Program-made: the position numbers and the translations under genes
Assembly (NCBI RefSeq): GCF_964355755.1
Contig: NC_092673.1
Coordinates: 26,967,648 to 27,031,647, forward strand
Direction: 5' to 3'
Length of the DNA stretch: 64,000 nucleotides
Source of the DNA: Antedon mediterranea
Lineage: Eukaryota; Animalia; Echinodermata
Part shown: positions 1 through 14,112 of the stretch, piece after piece
Position numbering within the stretch: position 1 is the first letter of the stretch
How the letters are laid out: the number at the start of each line of letters is the position of its first letter
The notes under the pieces: generated by a model
Database searches by the model: none
What the model was told of the DNA's origin: nothing
Seen by the model: only the letters and a program-made list of their open reading frames with translations

Positions 1-105
1 TATCAGAAGCAAAAGCTTGGAATAAGATCCCCCTGTAAAAATTCAACAAAGTTTGTCTGTAAATAGTTTTAAAATTAATTATAAAAAGCATTTCTTAAAA
101 AAATT
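1..105 (+). mobile_element. degenerate 3' fragment of an L2/CR1-type LINE ORF2
   Basis: With one frameshift it reads AKAWNKIP-VKIQQSLSVNSFKINYKKHFL, matching the WN.LP..I...S...FK..LK..L C-terminal signature of L2/CR1-clade ORF2; truncated by the window edge. Confidence 0.55.
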
Positions 106-602
106 GTGTTTCCCACGTATTATTATTAACGTTAATTTTTATATTTTTTCTATTTAATTTGTTATCAATCAATCAATCAAAGTAACATGTATTTCTCTTC
201 TTCTCTTTCATAGAATATAAAAATTAACAGTAAATATGATTAAAATAAGAGGGGCAACATTCCAAAAATGCGAAGCTTGTATAAGGCAGCCCATAAAAAC
301 TGAAAAAAAAAAAACAGGACAACACGGGAACCATGAAAAACAGAAATTTTGTTGATCTTTTCTTTTCTGAATTATGTTATCCTGCCTAAATATGTTTTAA
401 TAAAAAAACATGCTGTATTGTTTTCCTTTTTTCCCCCAAGTTGTATGAACTAATAACTTATTTAATACATAATGCTATCAACTTATTCAACTGTGGTTCA
501 CCCTTAACGTCACGCACCATCTGAATTTGGTAAATGGTTTGACAATTTCTATATAATGATACCCTAAGGTGACGAAGGTGTAATTGCTTGTTCTCACGTT
601 CA

Positions 603-933
603 TTAAAGATGTATTGTCCCCCAAAAACATGAAATGAAGATTAATTAAATCAGACAATTATGTTACAAAATGTTATTTTGTAGTTTTAATTAAGTTTGGC
701 CTAATCACTTCCATAGAAGTTTTCTCTTAAATGGTTAATTTCAACCAAAAATTCATTGGCTGACAGCCAATTTGACCATTTTTTGCTTTAAATTACATTT
801 TTTCAGGTAAATACTTTTTTTTTCGATCAAATTTTTGGTCAAAGTAGATAACTATTATGTTAAATTAAAATGGAATATTCAACAAAAAATGTTTTATTGA
901 ATTATTTTTTCAGGGGGGACAATACATCTTTAA
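603..933. mobile_element. Kolobok-like MITE, family A copy 1
   Basis: TTAA-AGATGTATTGTCCCCC ... GGGGGACAATACATCT-TTAA terminal inverted repeats with TTAA on both sides; AG...CT termini. Confidence 0.75.
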
Positions 934-3827
934 ACGCTTTTTAAAGTTAATAACATGAATTCAAATCTCAACAGTTTTTTTCAGAACTAATATACGTGGT
1001 GTACCGCACACTTTATATCAACATGAATTACATTTTTATTGGTGGCACACCTCCGTGATTAAGCAAAGCTTTATATAGCTAAGCGTATTGATTTTTAATT
1101 CACTTATTAGGCTACCAACAATAAAAATATGATTAAATATAGGATTAACCTCATTCGGATCATGGATTATTATTTTGTATCATATTATTACCTTCCTACG
1201 GGAAATTAATAGCTCAAACCTCATAAAATGTATTAGCTGTACAGATATTCTAGCTCCTGAGCCAGAATTCGTGTTGTTTTGCAGGGCTTAAATAATGCCG
1301 GGTTAAGAGGACAGATTCAGTCCTATTTTAATGTACCGTCGTGTAGGCATATATAACGAGTTATTAAGGCCTACTTTACTTTCTCAAGTTTAATTTCAAA
1401 ATTGGCCTTACCTTTGCTTATCAAATATGATCATAGATAAGAGGGGAGAGAGCGGAAAGAAAGAACGCAAGAAAGAAAGAAAGAAAGAAAGAAGGAAGGA
1501 AAAGACACAGCGCGTTGAAGTCTACCTTAATCTTATGTATAAATCAATATAAGTTACCATAAGTCAAGGTCTGTACAATATTATTTTAGGATAAAATTGT
1601 TGACACAATGCATTTCCTTCATCAAAATTAGTTGACACGGTGATACCGACAATTTTAGAAATGTAATTATTGGATCTCCCCTTTAAACCAGATTGTGACG
1701 TCACGTGGTCAGTGACGAAAAACATGTAAAAAAAAAGAATGTCACCCACAATAGATAAACTGATCCAAAAATAGCGTGTCCAAAAATTAAGTTTGACTTA
1801 AGTGGTTTCAAAAGTCATCAACGATATTCTTTAATATGATAATCTCATAATCGGATAATCATAATAGTATTGTTAGAGAAATAATTGTGGTGAAAGTTCC
1901 GAATCAGGTAAAGTAGAATAAAGTAAGGACTAACAAACTATGTATGTAACCTTCGCAGGAATTATTATCACGTTTCAGCGGTGTGCTGGGTATGTAGAAG
2001 AATAGAGAGATGATCACTGAAATTACTCAGATGAACTATTGCTCTCAAAATACACTTCAGGCAAAAATCATAATATAATGAGTCTCTGTATTGTATTCAG
2101 TAAAAATAATTCAGATAGTTCAAACCCTGATCAAATTGCAGCATAAATACATTACCTGTCTGACACAACACACGATAGACAATGAACGGTAAGATCTCAA
2201 TATTAACCAATGAACGCAAAGCAAAGCTTCTCGTCTGGCATTCATTAGCCAATGAACGACAGTCAAACTTTAACATGTCGTGCCGGCCAAAGTTGCATTG
2301 AAGGATCAGCGCGCGCCGAAACGATCCCCAAATTGACCTCCCTCACCGCACATGAGGAATTTTTGATCACAATTTCTGGAAACTGAGAAGAACATTATAA
2401 TTTGAACTTTTGAAAGTCCGGGTGCACATTTGCTTTGCTTCCGAGAAGGTAATTGAAGTGCGCGGACACCGGTGTAACAAAATATTTCCAAAATCAACAG
2501 ACATAAAACACATGTGGAGGCCCGATTCGGAGCTGTCCATCCAAAAACTTCTTTATTTGTAATTGAAATCACGAACAGGAGGCGGAACGTTTCAGTAGTT
2601 ACATCCCACTACCTTTAGTACTTAGAGTACAATGTACATGTTTTGTGACGAGGAAGCATTTATCCAGGCATGTAATGTTCACAGTTCGCTTGCCTTTAAT
2701 ATTCATAAATGCTGTATATAATACTCTAATAATATTTTAAATAACTTTGCATTCAATATTGATATTTTTTTCCGGTTCGTACTCGAAATTATCTGATTTC
2801 TTTTCCTATTTTTATTCGTAACATCTCGGGTATTAGAAAAAAAATCTTTCAATCATTCATACTTCGATAAAACACACTCATTGGATGCCCTCTAGTACTA
2901 GTGTAATAGCTCTTTGTTAACGGTTTCCTAATTTTGTTATATACTGTATAATGTATAGGCAACACTGAGCATTCTATTCTATGAGAGTGTTTATATGACG
3001 CCCTATACAAAGAACAGAGCGACTAACAATACTAGTAATTAATTAAAAAGACAAGTTTAATTAGCTCCTCTCAACTCGACAGGTAGCGCGACAGAAAATA
3101 AACATTATGTCATCAGCTTTCCGATTAGATCGTGGAACGAAAAGTCGGGTGGGATCATTAGAGGAGCAAAGTCGACACCTGTAATTAAATTAAAGCTGGT
3201 CAAGGTTAAATTTAATTAAATCCAAAAGGTACAAAGGAACAGCAAAATATAAAATAAATACATTTATAAATAAAAACAAAAATTGTGTACAAAATTCTTT
3301 TTTTCTTATATGAATGAATGGATGGAGATATTTTTCAATAAACCATCCGAGGGCTGATCCCGTCCAAATTGTTCTCATGCAAACTAAACAAAGATACATG
3401 ATTTCTCATATAAACCTCATTTGCAATCTACTGTTAATATGTGTTTAGACTACCCCGGGTAAATGATTAAACTAACAAATAATACCGGTATATAGGCCCA
3501 GTCTTTGGCCTGTTAAATACCAAGGCTAGAATTGCGGCTTTGCTCTAGGCCTAAAAATAAACATTGTACGGTACTCACCGGTAAAGTATATATTATAATC
3601 ACAGAATCTTGAAATAGTAAATTCCTGACTGAATGTTGCCGCACATTTACTGGGTTTATCTTACTGAATTGAATAAAGACACTTGTTTCACTCCGTTTTA
3701 TATGGTTATATAAAACTTATATAATTGTAGAGGGCGCTATATGTTTTGATGGATTCCTGTTTTGCTACGTGAATGTTCGCCGCTTCAAAATAGTAGAACG
3801 TTCTTGGTGAATAGATAATGAAAGTGG

Positions 3828-4053
3828 TTAAAGATGTATTGTCCTCCAACAAATGAAAATTAATAAATCATATTTTGACCATTTTGTAGTTTTAATAAAG
3901 AATTATTCACTTCCGTAGAAAAAAGACGGAACAAACAAGGGTTTTCACTTAATTACAGTTTTTCAGGGAAATTTTTAATAATCCAATAAATCAAAATGGC
4001 ATATTTAACAAACAATTTTTAAAAAAAAATTCAGGGGGACAATATATCTTTAA
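3828..4053. mobile_element. Kolobok-like MITE, family A copy 2 (internally deleted)
   Basis: Same TIRs as 603-933 (ttaaagatgtattgtcc ... gggggacaatatatctttaa) with shared internal segments. Confidence 0.7.
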
Positions 4054-4659
4054 ATTTATTTCCAAAGCCTTATTCATGTTATAGAAAAATGCTATCGGCA
4101 ATGGGAAGTGTGAACAGTATCTATTAACTAAGAGTTCTTAGTCCCCTATTCTATCATTACTTGGAAGACTCAATTTTGAAATATTGTTAACGATGTTTTC
4201 AAGAATTTGCGTTCAGTATTGTTTTAATTTCCCATTTTCTTCAATAATCTGTACACTCGTCTATTGAAGTGACAAATACAAAAAAATGATTAAATACTGA
4301 AATCAAAACCAACTAAACAAAATTTATTTAAACGAATGTAATTAAAGTTGAGATCCTAATAGCTTTTTGGGAGAATCATGGAATCAATATTGTGTAATGT
4401 ATACTCGTTTTTAGTGGTGCATATACCGTTAATCGGTTAAATATCAAACAGAGTATCTCGGATCACATTCGTACCATCAAAATAAATACACAGTATGCAC
4501 ATTAAATACTAGAAAACCCAGAGCGCAAATTTAGGGGTTATAAAGGGGTTAAGTTCGGTTGAAAGGTTGTTTAATATTCCATCATTAGAGACTGTCCAAA
4601 CCTTCAACAACAATTTACACAGACAAGCGGTAACGGTAAGCAGAAAACTGCTTGTACCT

Positions 4660-4850
4660 AGTAGAATCTGCATCTCCTGAGTGGAAACCGCCCGTGCGCC
4701 AGAAAACCGGATAGCTTGTCCCACGTAGAATCTGTATTAATATCCTGTGAGCTGAGCGGAAACCCCCCCCCCCCCCCCCGTGCGGCGAAAAACCGTAGCT
4801 TGTCTCAAGTAGAATCTGTATCTATCCTGAGTGGACACCGCTCGTGCGCT
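4660..4850. repeat. three degenerate direct repeats (~65-85 bp)
   Basis: gtagaatctg...cctgagtggaaaccgcccgtgcg recurs at ~4662, ~4725 and ~4809. Confidence 0.55.
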
Positions 4851-5416
4851 CCGCGGTTTGTTGTGTAAATAATTATGAAGAATAACATAGATTATATTAC
4901 CTTTTAATTACCGCTTGTCTTTGGCCTTTACGGATTTAGATTAAATATTGTAAATATGTAGGCATTACTTCTGACGTGCATGCATGTGTTGTCATAAGCA
5001 TGCATTCTAATTGGAGGAAATTCTATAATATTGACATCTATTTTTATTATTTGAGATATGTGATATAATTGAAAATTATTTTCTGAAATAAAATTAATCA
5101 AATAAAAGTCTCATTATGGCAATTTAAATTGCAGTGACACTATTCAACGTTAAATAGAGCATGGGTGACACTATTCAACGTTAAATAGAGCATGAAGTAT
5201 AAATTCCTTTATGATATAGTGATTTAAATCGAGTAAAACGAATAATTGTCTTGATTCTGTCAATTTCTGTAGCTTAGGCCTATAACCGGTAATTACTCCA
5301 GTCAACCATCGTCCATCTTTTAAGCATTTCAGACACAAAATGCTACACAAATATAGGCCTACCACCACCAATTTGCATAAACTGTATAATATGTTAAAAT
5401 GCTGACTTTACTAACT

Positions 5417-5560
5417 AAAGCTCTGTCTACACTATCAAACTAGTTTGACAGAAAAATGTAATGTGCCCAAATCGGTGCTCAAATATGGTAGTGATATGCC
5501 CAAATTTGTGTCCATATATGAGCACATGACATTTTGTTGTTTCATAAAGTTTGATAGCTT
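5417..5560. mobile_element. short MITE family B (aaagctctgtctacactatcaaact...)
   Basis: Same terminus and internal atatggtagtgatatg motifs recur at ~35198-35334, ~42291-42400 and ~47813-47975. Confidence 0.6.
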
Positions 5561-6262
5561 TAGTTCTTTCAATGAGATTTTTGCTGTTCTTTTCGGAACA
5601 CAAATTTAGCAGTTGATATAGAAATTATATAATATACGGTTATTGAGAGTTATGCAGAAGAGGTCAGCCAGCCATGGTATTTTGTTGTGGTGAGATCTTT
5701 ACCCTTTCAAGCTTGAAACCTTTTAAGTTTAGAATCGTTTAAACTCAAGTTCCCATAAGCTGTGATTGATTTACTTGCTTTTTAAAAGAAGAAAAACTCA
5801 CAATGTGACATAAAATAATAACATGTTTGGGTAGTGTGCTTTTTAGCAGCGACAAGTGACAAATACAATTATAAATCAAACTAGACCTTTGACCATTGCT
5901 TGAAAACCGTTATAAATTTGTAAAAGTTGCAGCATTTTGCATTTAAGATGTCGTCGTCTTAACATAATACGATAATGTACTAGGATATATTCATTTAATT
6001 CTATGCATTGATTGACAGATCTAACTTTCGTGACGTCATAGGTCACGTGATGTCATATACATGGCACGGCATTGTCGTCATTATCGGAACCACGCGTATT
6101 GAGACGTTATTTTCAACGTTTCCGGTGTAACCACCAATCGGTAAAACTTGGTTATAACAAGTCGACGTAACGCTGAGATCTGACGTAAGCGCAGCGCAAG
6201 CGATTTGTGACCAAAGAAAGATAATCCATCGCTTGCAATTTTATTTGCGTTGCGCTTGCCCC

Positions 6263-6388
6263 TAAAGTGTGGTTCCCAAGAGACGCAACGCAATGACGAA
6301 CGAGCAACCAATGACAAGCCAATGTTCGAATATTCCATCGCTTGTGATTGGTCAGATTTACGTCGCTAGTGGAAAGAACCAAGCTTTA
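6263..6388. mobile_element. short palindromic MITE family C (aaagcttggttcccactag...ctagtgggaaccaagcttt)
   Basis: Degenerate TIRs and internal gcaacgcaa/ccaatgacaagc; related copies at ~6420-6520, ~13365-13519, 13770-13927, ~14462-14612 and a 50-bp minimal copy at ~58413-58462. Confidence 0.6.
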
Positions 6389-7062
6389 CGTCGTTTTTGT
6401 TATATGTTTGAATAACGATGCGATAGATCATCATCCATCCATCGCGTCGTGATTGGTCAAATTACTTGCGTTGCGCACTTACGCCCTTGCTTTGCATCCT
6501 AGTGAGAACCATGCAAGCTATAAGAGTTATTACAAATGAATTTACTGGGTTAGGTAGTTGAGAGAACTTGGAACACCGGCGGCGCGGCATTACAGGCTGG
6601 TGTCAAGACTTGATTGCCCTTATAGACAACCGACGGGCGAACCTACAGGTTTGACGGGGTTGATGTATCAGTACCGTATGTTGCATACGCATGTGCAATG
6701 TTGATTGATGGTGCTTCTTGTGAAGCACTTTTTAACCTAAAATATCGATGCGATAAAAGACGTAGTACTATTAAAATTCCATTGTTATTTATTTCTCATA
6801 GACTGCGCGATATACCGTATATCCTCCGGCGGGTTATTTTAGTCAACTTAAACGGAACCTAATGTCACTGAGTACATAATGTTTAGTGTGTGTTTGTGTA
6901 GGCCTACGGTTGTAAAAGTTTATGTTCCGTAGCCAATGGTCGTTGCATGCTTGTACTGAATACGTTTTACGAGATATGTCATTTTATTTTATGTACTTTT
7001 ACACGATGTACTATTTGTACGTTGTTGTTAATTGCTTGTCTATTCATCCACTGTCCTTATAG

Positions 7063-7306
7063 TTATAACAAGGCAATCTAACAACAGGACACTGATTTCG
7101 CCTTGCCAGGATAGAAACTCGTAACAGTCCTTTGATCTTATGTCTAGCTGCGACAAACACCAACAGTGCTGTACTATGTACTGCACTATGTACATTCTCC
7201 GCGGCGCGTTGTTAAAGAGCGTGGAACTGATTGTGTCGCAGCCACAGATAAACCATTTGATTTTCAGAGCTCACAGTACCCTGTTGTTAGATTGCCTTGG
7301 TTATAA
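7063..7306. mobile_element. hairpin MITE
   Basis: TIRs ttataacaaggcaatctaacaacagg / cctgttgttagattgccttggttataa; a related fragment lies at ~16766-16875. Confidence 0.6.
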
Positions 7307-8772
7307 ATATAATCATTATTTATTAGACGTATAGGTCTACGTTCATGCCTAGTTAGTATAAAGAAGTAAAAAAGATAAAAACAAGTCTACCAGTAGTGCT
7401 GAATGTTATAGGCCTACAGTATTATTGATGAGGACTTTATTTAAACGCCTTCTAAAGTTAGTGCTGCCACGCCCTACTATCTACAAAGTACTCACCGATA
7501 TTACCAATTACTCTCTGTTTGATGAAGTCGATAGCAGTGTGCACACTCTACATGAAGCCTTTATATAAACCAGAACAGTGATTTTCGAAAATATGCGTAG
7601 GTTCCTTCTTTTATATAAGGATGTTATAGAGGGCACTCATTACATTATGAATTTAATTTATGTTATAACCTACTTGTTTTCCAATCACGAGCTTGTTCCC
7701 ATGATAATAACGTCTTTTTATTTAAAAAAAATCAGGTGACGAATGTTATAGCGAAAAATGTCAAATAGACTGATTTTGATAATGCATCGAAGTAGGCCTA
7801 ATAATTACTGCGCGACTTACAACCGCGCTCAGTTCAAATATTAATTTGTACAATGCCCCAGATTTGGTTACCTTAAGATCCTAAAAACTGATTAATATGA
7901 AACGCGTCGAACTATAATATTTAATATGAAACGCGTTGAACTATAATATTTAATCCTCCTTACTACCCATGCTTTCTGTCTTAAAAATAATATTTATTTT
8001 TCAAAAGAATCAGCTTAATTTTAGCAGACGGAAACCTACAAGACGCAGCGCCGAATGACGATGAACCGAACGGACATTTTCTCCCTACCCATTCATGAAT
8101 GGTTTTTTTATATTGTTCTTTGTTTAAAAACATTACTACTATTTTTTTTCTTTTATTACTAAAAATATATTAATTTCATAATACTGTATTCATAACTTAA
8201 CATATACAGTACATCTCCTTAATGTAAAGTTCACTTAGTTCTAGTAGTACTTCATTTTCTTAAACATAGGCCTATTCATTTCTTAACACAATTCATATTT
8301 TGCCATATTCATTTCTTAACATTATCATATTTTAGCATATTCATTTCTTAACACAATCATTTTAGCATATACGTTTCTTAATACTATTTTTACACCAATA
8401 GCCGCCCATATTGTAGGCGTATAGTTGTAGCAGAAGTTATCGCAGCTATTTAAACAGCAATTTTATTTTATGCCCTCCTGTCTCGCGTGTCATTTAAAAG
8501 CCAAAGCAATTATTCCTGTTTAGATATAATTCTGCAATTAACCAGTTAATCTAGTTAGGGCGTTTCATTTCTCTACGGAATTACTATCCGCAATTTGATT
8601 AAATTTGATAGAATCAAATTAACAAAATCAAACATTTTAAAGAAAATTGTGAACAGGTTAATGTACCAATTCTAATGTAATTTTCATAAACACGCAATGT
8701 AAACATTTTCTTTTCAATCACGTTATTGCTATAGACTATACTTTATAACACATTATAACATATTTTGGAGGT

Positions 8773-9225
8773 AAATACCAACCACACCCCATACTATGAA
8801 TAGAAAATACCAACCACACCCCATACTATGAATAGAAAATACCAACCACACCCCATACTATGAATAGAAAATACCAACCACACCCCATACTATGAATAGA
8901 AAATACCAACCACACCCCATACTATGAATAGAAAATACCAACCACACCCCATACTATGAATAGAAAATACCAACCACACCCCATACTATGAATAGAAAAT
9001 ACCAACCACACCCCATACTATGAATAGAAAATACCAACCACACCCCATACTATGAATAGAAAATACCAACCACACCCCATACTATGAATAGAAAATACCA
9101 ACCACACCCCATACTATGAATAGAAAATACCAACCACACCCCATACTATGAATAGAAAATACCAACCACACCCCATACTATGAATAGAAAATACCAACCA
9201 CACCCCATACTATGAATAGAAAATA
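8773..9225. repeat. perfect 32-bp minisatellite, ~14 copies
   Basis: Unit aaaataccaaccacaccccatactatgaatag repeated head-to-tail with no visible variants and no spacers. Confidence 0.95.
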
Positions 9226-11276
9226 ACTTTAACGGTTAAAAGAGGTACAATTCTTAAAAAATACAAATATACATACATTAGAATATTTTTATAGTAGCAC
9301 ATAAAATTATTGTTAATAATAACAATACGTTTTATTATTCACGGATACTTAACTTAACTGAAATTAGTTTTTTAGTAAGGCTCAATAGAAAACACCAAGA
9401 AAACAAATGTAGCCTAAAAAGACCTTAATTACTATTAAAGCGGATAATAAAGCAATGGAATAAAATAATAAATATTTTTTATATGTTACAATATAGTATT
9501 TTTATATTTTTGTCTATGTTCGATGTTTATTCGTATTTTTCTAAGATCTTGTATTTTTGTATTCATGACTTTTTATATTTATATTTAATTGTTTGAGAGT
9601 TTGTCAATGAAACGAATTTCTTTTTGGACCAATACATTTCTGTATTCTGTATTCTGTAAAATGATACATTTACATTTTAAGGAGAGAAAAAGATTGTGAC
9701 ATGGAAAATTGTTTTTGCTTTTCCACGCAGTTATCAATAGCTTGTATATTATTTTGTTATTTATTAGGTAAATGTACTTATATTGAATTGGATTACATTG
9801 AATATGAATGAATGAATGAGTTCATGACTCCTTTTTCTTTTTTATATCCTTGCTAACCGTCGCCTTGCACGATATCCCAATTTAACAACAAAGCAATCAA
9901 AGAACCACATAATTTATATGATCATATACCGAATGTTAAAAGTTCATTGTGGATATGCTCTGTTCGGCCATCACCCTAGTGTCCTTGCTAGCCGTCATGT
10001 CTCACGATATTATTATATCTCAAATTAACAACAAAGAAATTAAAGATTTACAGCCTACATACCGGACGAGTACCGTTTGGGTTGATCAAGCAAAAAATTA
10101 ACTTAGCGGTAGTTTGGTTTGACTACATTATTGATAAACATTTATTCAACGTTTGTTAATTAATTTTTATTATATGTTGTTTTGGCATCAGAAAAAAACA
10201 TTTTATTTCTGTATTTTTTCCAAGTAACAATATAAATATCGTATCTTGTTATGTACACATGGCGTTTCATACATACATATTTGAGTTTAAATCACGTTAT
10301 TTAACATCAATGTTAGTTTCAGCAAAGAATATAAATAGACTGGCGAGAAATGACAGACAGAAAAAAAAAAATAAGTAACAAATATTTTGATTACTAGAGT
10401 ATTCACTCGAATTTTAAATAAAATGTCTTATCATCAGATCTCCCTATGTAATTTTATAATACTATTCCCTACAATATATTCATGCTTTATGGCGTATATT
10501 TAATTTGATCTTTATTAATTTGCAGTATAATTTTTATTTTTTTGATCCGAAAATAAAAAACAAACTAAAATGGCTATAGCGAACCCATGAACTCATCGTG
10601 AACCCGGAAATTACTTTGACCGCGTACAATTGAAATTGAGTTGAAAATCTACCGATGAAATAAATAATTTTGTTTTAAAAATGTGTATAATATCTTTCTA
10701 TTAAGATAGAAATATGGAACAAGAACAACTTGCATATTATAATATCATGTATCAAGATTTTAAGTCGGTATTCACTTACCCGACTTTTCGTTAATAAAAA
10801 GAAGTCATCAAATTTATAATCAACAACATAAAGCTACATAACAAAATGTGGCCAGTACCTGGTACAATGTTACCACAGTCATTCATCACGGATTTGGTCG
10901 AGAAAGCGCATGGGGGTCAGTAAACCATAGAGCCAACCGTTTAAAAAAAAGTGGGTATCTAGGCCTACTACAGGTCATAAGTAAATGCCGGACGGAGACA
11001 CTGTGTAAGCTGTTTCAACTAAATATTTCCGTTATTGCTACAGTATTAAGGTAATCGCAATGTCACGTTTCACCTTCGTATAACCGCACCACAGTTTTTG
11101 AGGGCTAAATGTAAACAAAATAATATGACGGAAAGAAAGGAAATGGAAATCAACTTTTGATTTAAATGTCATATTTTTGTGGTATTGACAGGTAGGTGTT
11201 TTTTTTTGTATGTTGAAAAGCGTTCTAGTTGGGGAATAGGAAATTGAGAATTAACAGTTTAATGTCGTCGTATTAC

Positions 11277-12290
11277 AATTGTATTTATTGATTACTATTG
11301 ATATTGTATTGATTGATTACTATAGATATTGTATTGATTGATTACGATTGATATTGTATTGATTGACTACTATAATATTGTATTGATTGATTACTATAAA
11401 TATTGTATTGATTGATTACTATTGATATTGTATTGATTGATTACTATAGATATTGTATTGATTGATTACTATAAATATTGTATTGATTGATTACTATAGA
11501 TATTGTATTGATTTATATAAATATTGTATTGATTACTATAAATATTCTATTAATTGATTACGATTGATATTGTATTGATTGATTACTATAAATATTCTAT
11601 TGATTGATTACTATAGATATTTTATTGATTGATTACTATAAATATTGTATTGATTGATTACTATAGATATTGTATTGATTGAATACTATAAATATGATTA
11701 AGATTGATATTGTATTGATTGATTACTATTAATAGTGTATTGATTGATTACTATTGATATTGTATTGATTGATTACTATTGATATTGTATTGATTGATTA
11801 CTATTAATATTGTATTGATTGATTACTATTGATATTGTTTGATTGATTACGATTGATATTGTTTGATTGAAATTATATTGATTATTTAAGCCCACTATAT
11901 AATTTAGACTATATTAATATTGTATGGATTGATTACTATTGATATTGTATTGATTGATTACTATTACTATTGATATTGAATTGATTGATTACGATTGATA
12001 TTGTTTGATTAAAATTGTAGTGATTATTTAGGCCCACTATATAATTTAGACTATATTGATATTGTATTTATACTATCGATTGTGTACTAGTATTGATATT
12101 GTATCGATTACTATCGATTGTGTACTACTATTAATATTGTATTTATTACTATTTATTGCGTACTACATAACTATTGATATTGTATTATTGTTTATGATTG
12201 TGTACTACCAATGGTATTTCATTAGTATTGATTGTGTACTATTTCATTGATCGACTACTATTTATTTTGTGTTGATTGATTATTATTGAT
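11277..12290. repeat. degenerate AT-rich ~24-bp minisatellite
   Basis: Unit ~atattgtattgattgattactata(g/a), progressively more degenerate toward the 3' end. Confidence 0.9.
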
Positions 12291-13769
12291 TATGTATGTA
12301 GACATTTTCATGTTTGTAATAAACATTACAGTATTGAAAACGTTAGTTGAATTGTTTCCGTCTCTTCAGTCGTTCTTTTTAACTTTTTATAAAAAAATTT
12401 CCTTGGAACTCATTGTATCACAAAATGTAAAAAACCACCGCTAGATACCAGAAATAAAAGGAGTAATGATGACTGTTATGTGACTCATGGGGTACAGTGT
12501 AATATAATCTTTCAAATGTATAAATATCAATAATTGGTACCAAAATGAGTCACAGTGTACGCTGGATATGGTATATACCGATTGAGATTAACATTACCCG
12601 TTCATCAGAAAAGTGATTTCCTATGATAAATGTATTTTTCCTGATCGTGGGATTGTAACATCTTTCGTTATGGTTTTATAATATTAGCTATTTCCTGATA
12701 TATCTGACTACGTGTACTATAATTATAATGAGTGAAAACTCTTGCAGTGGTTGCACACATAGGCTTGCCCCAAGTATATATAATATAGCATATAATTATA
12801 ATATATATAATATAATATAGTTATATTGTCTTTTTTATGTCCTTTAATTTAAATTATACGTGTGAAACGCCATGCGTGCAACAATGTTTATCTGGACACA
12901 ACATTAAGTCAAACAACCGTCTTGAACATACTCCACCGTTACTATATTGATAATTTCAATACATTTGTTCTATTTTATCATGTTACAGATGTACCAGTTG
13001 GCAGTCTCCGTTAGTTCCTTGTTTTCCAGCCACACCCTACTCCAGAGTTTGTAGTACTGGCACTTGTCATCTAATCCACTGGACAACTGCTGCCATGTAT
13101 TCACTGCTGAATGTACACGTTCATGATGTTTGTGGTTGTACTTGATCCCATGTTACGTGAAAAACAGGAGGTAGACTTAGATTTCGAATTAAATTCCATG
13201 TTTTTTTATATTAAACATTGAACTATGAATCCTTGATGTGACAAAAATACAGATTACATTAAGAACAAATGATGTGTAAATACATGTTTCAAAGTCAGAA
13301 ACGTTTTGGCCTACAGACAGTCCATGAAAAAAAAAAGAAAACGTCACAGGCCGTACGTCGGACTTAAAGCTTGGTTCCCATTGCGAAACGAAATCAGGGT
13401 TTTCGTTTGTGATTGGTTAACGTGCGCTGCGTTTGTACGTAAATATAAAACAAAATGTGACTCACCAGAACCTGGTGAACATTTTGAAAAACAGAGCTGC
13501 TAGTTGGAACCGAACTTAAATCCATAATAATTTTTATTAAAATAATACATTTGTATTTTATGTGCGCTGCTGCGCCAGAGAACAGCCATAATTTATTCTG
13601 ACCTTCTTTTAGTTAATTAAAGTGGATTTGAAACACAATAAGTGTCGTCTGAATACGAGGAGAAGTTCAGTTAATATAAAGGGAGAGTCACAAAAGAGAC
13701 ACTGTAACATGACTTAACATAATAGCCCTGCCAATTTCACCGTTTTTGTACCAAGCATCCAAACACCCG

Positions 13770-13927
13770 TAAAGCGTGGTTCCCACTAGCAACGCAACGC
13801 AAGTGAATTGACCAATCACAAGCGATGGCTTATTCGCCTGTGATTGCTAACTGTCTATAACTTCGCGTGTCATTGGTTAAAACGTTTGCGTTGCGTTACG
13901 TTACGTTCTAGTGGGAACCAAGCTTTA
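13770..13927. mobile_element. MITE family C, best-preserved copy
   Basis: taaagcgtggttcccactag ... ctagtgggaaccaagcttta TIRs with TAA/TTA-type flanks (PIF/Harbinger-like). Confidence 0.7.
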
Positions 13928-13935
13928 GTCTGTAG

Positions 13936-14112
13936 TTATTGCCTACTTTTGCAATAGGGTTGGTGAAATCTGTCCATAATAGGTTACTTTTCTGGCCATA
14001 ATAGGGGACTTTCTGTCCATAATAGGGACTAGAGGGCGCTGTTGTTTGTCCATAATAGGTAACTTTCATAATGGACAGATTTCACCAACCCTATTGCAAA
14101 AGTAGGCAATAA
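13936..14112. mobile_element. hairpin MITE with ~42-bp perfect TIRs
   Basis: ttattgcctacttttgcaatagggttggtgaaatctgtccat ... atggacagatttcaccaaccctattgcaaaagtaggcaataa; internal ccataatagg repeats. Confidence 0.8.

Noticed and set aside
8773-9225. CRISPR array (32-bp repeat)
   Set aside because: Units are contiguous with no unique spacers, there are no cas genes, and the context is eukaryotic.
12989-13150. Coding-looking GC-richer segment
   Set aside because: Only a short open stretch on the minus strand with no recognisable motif or consistent splice sites; other frames have stops.
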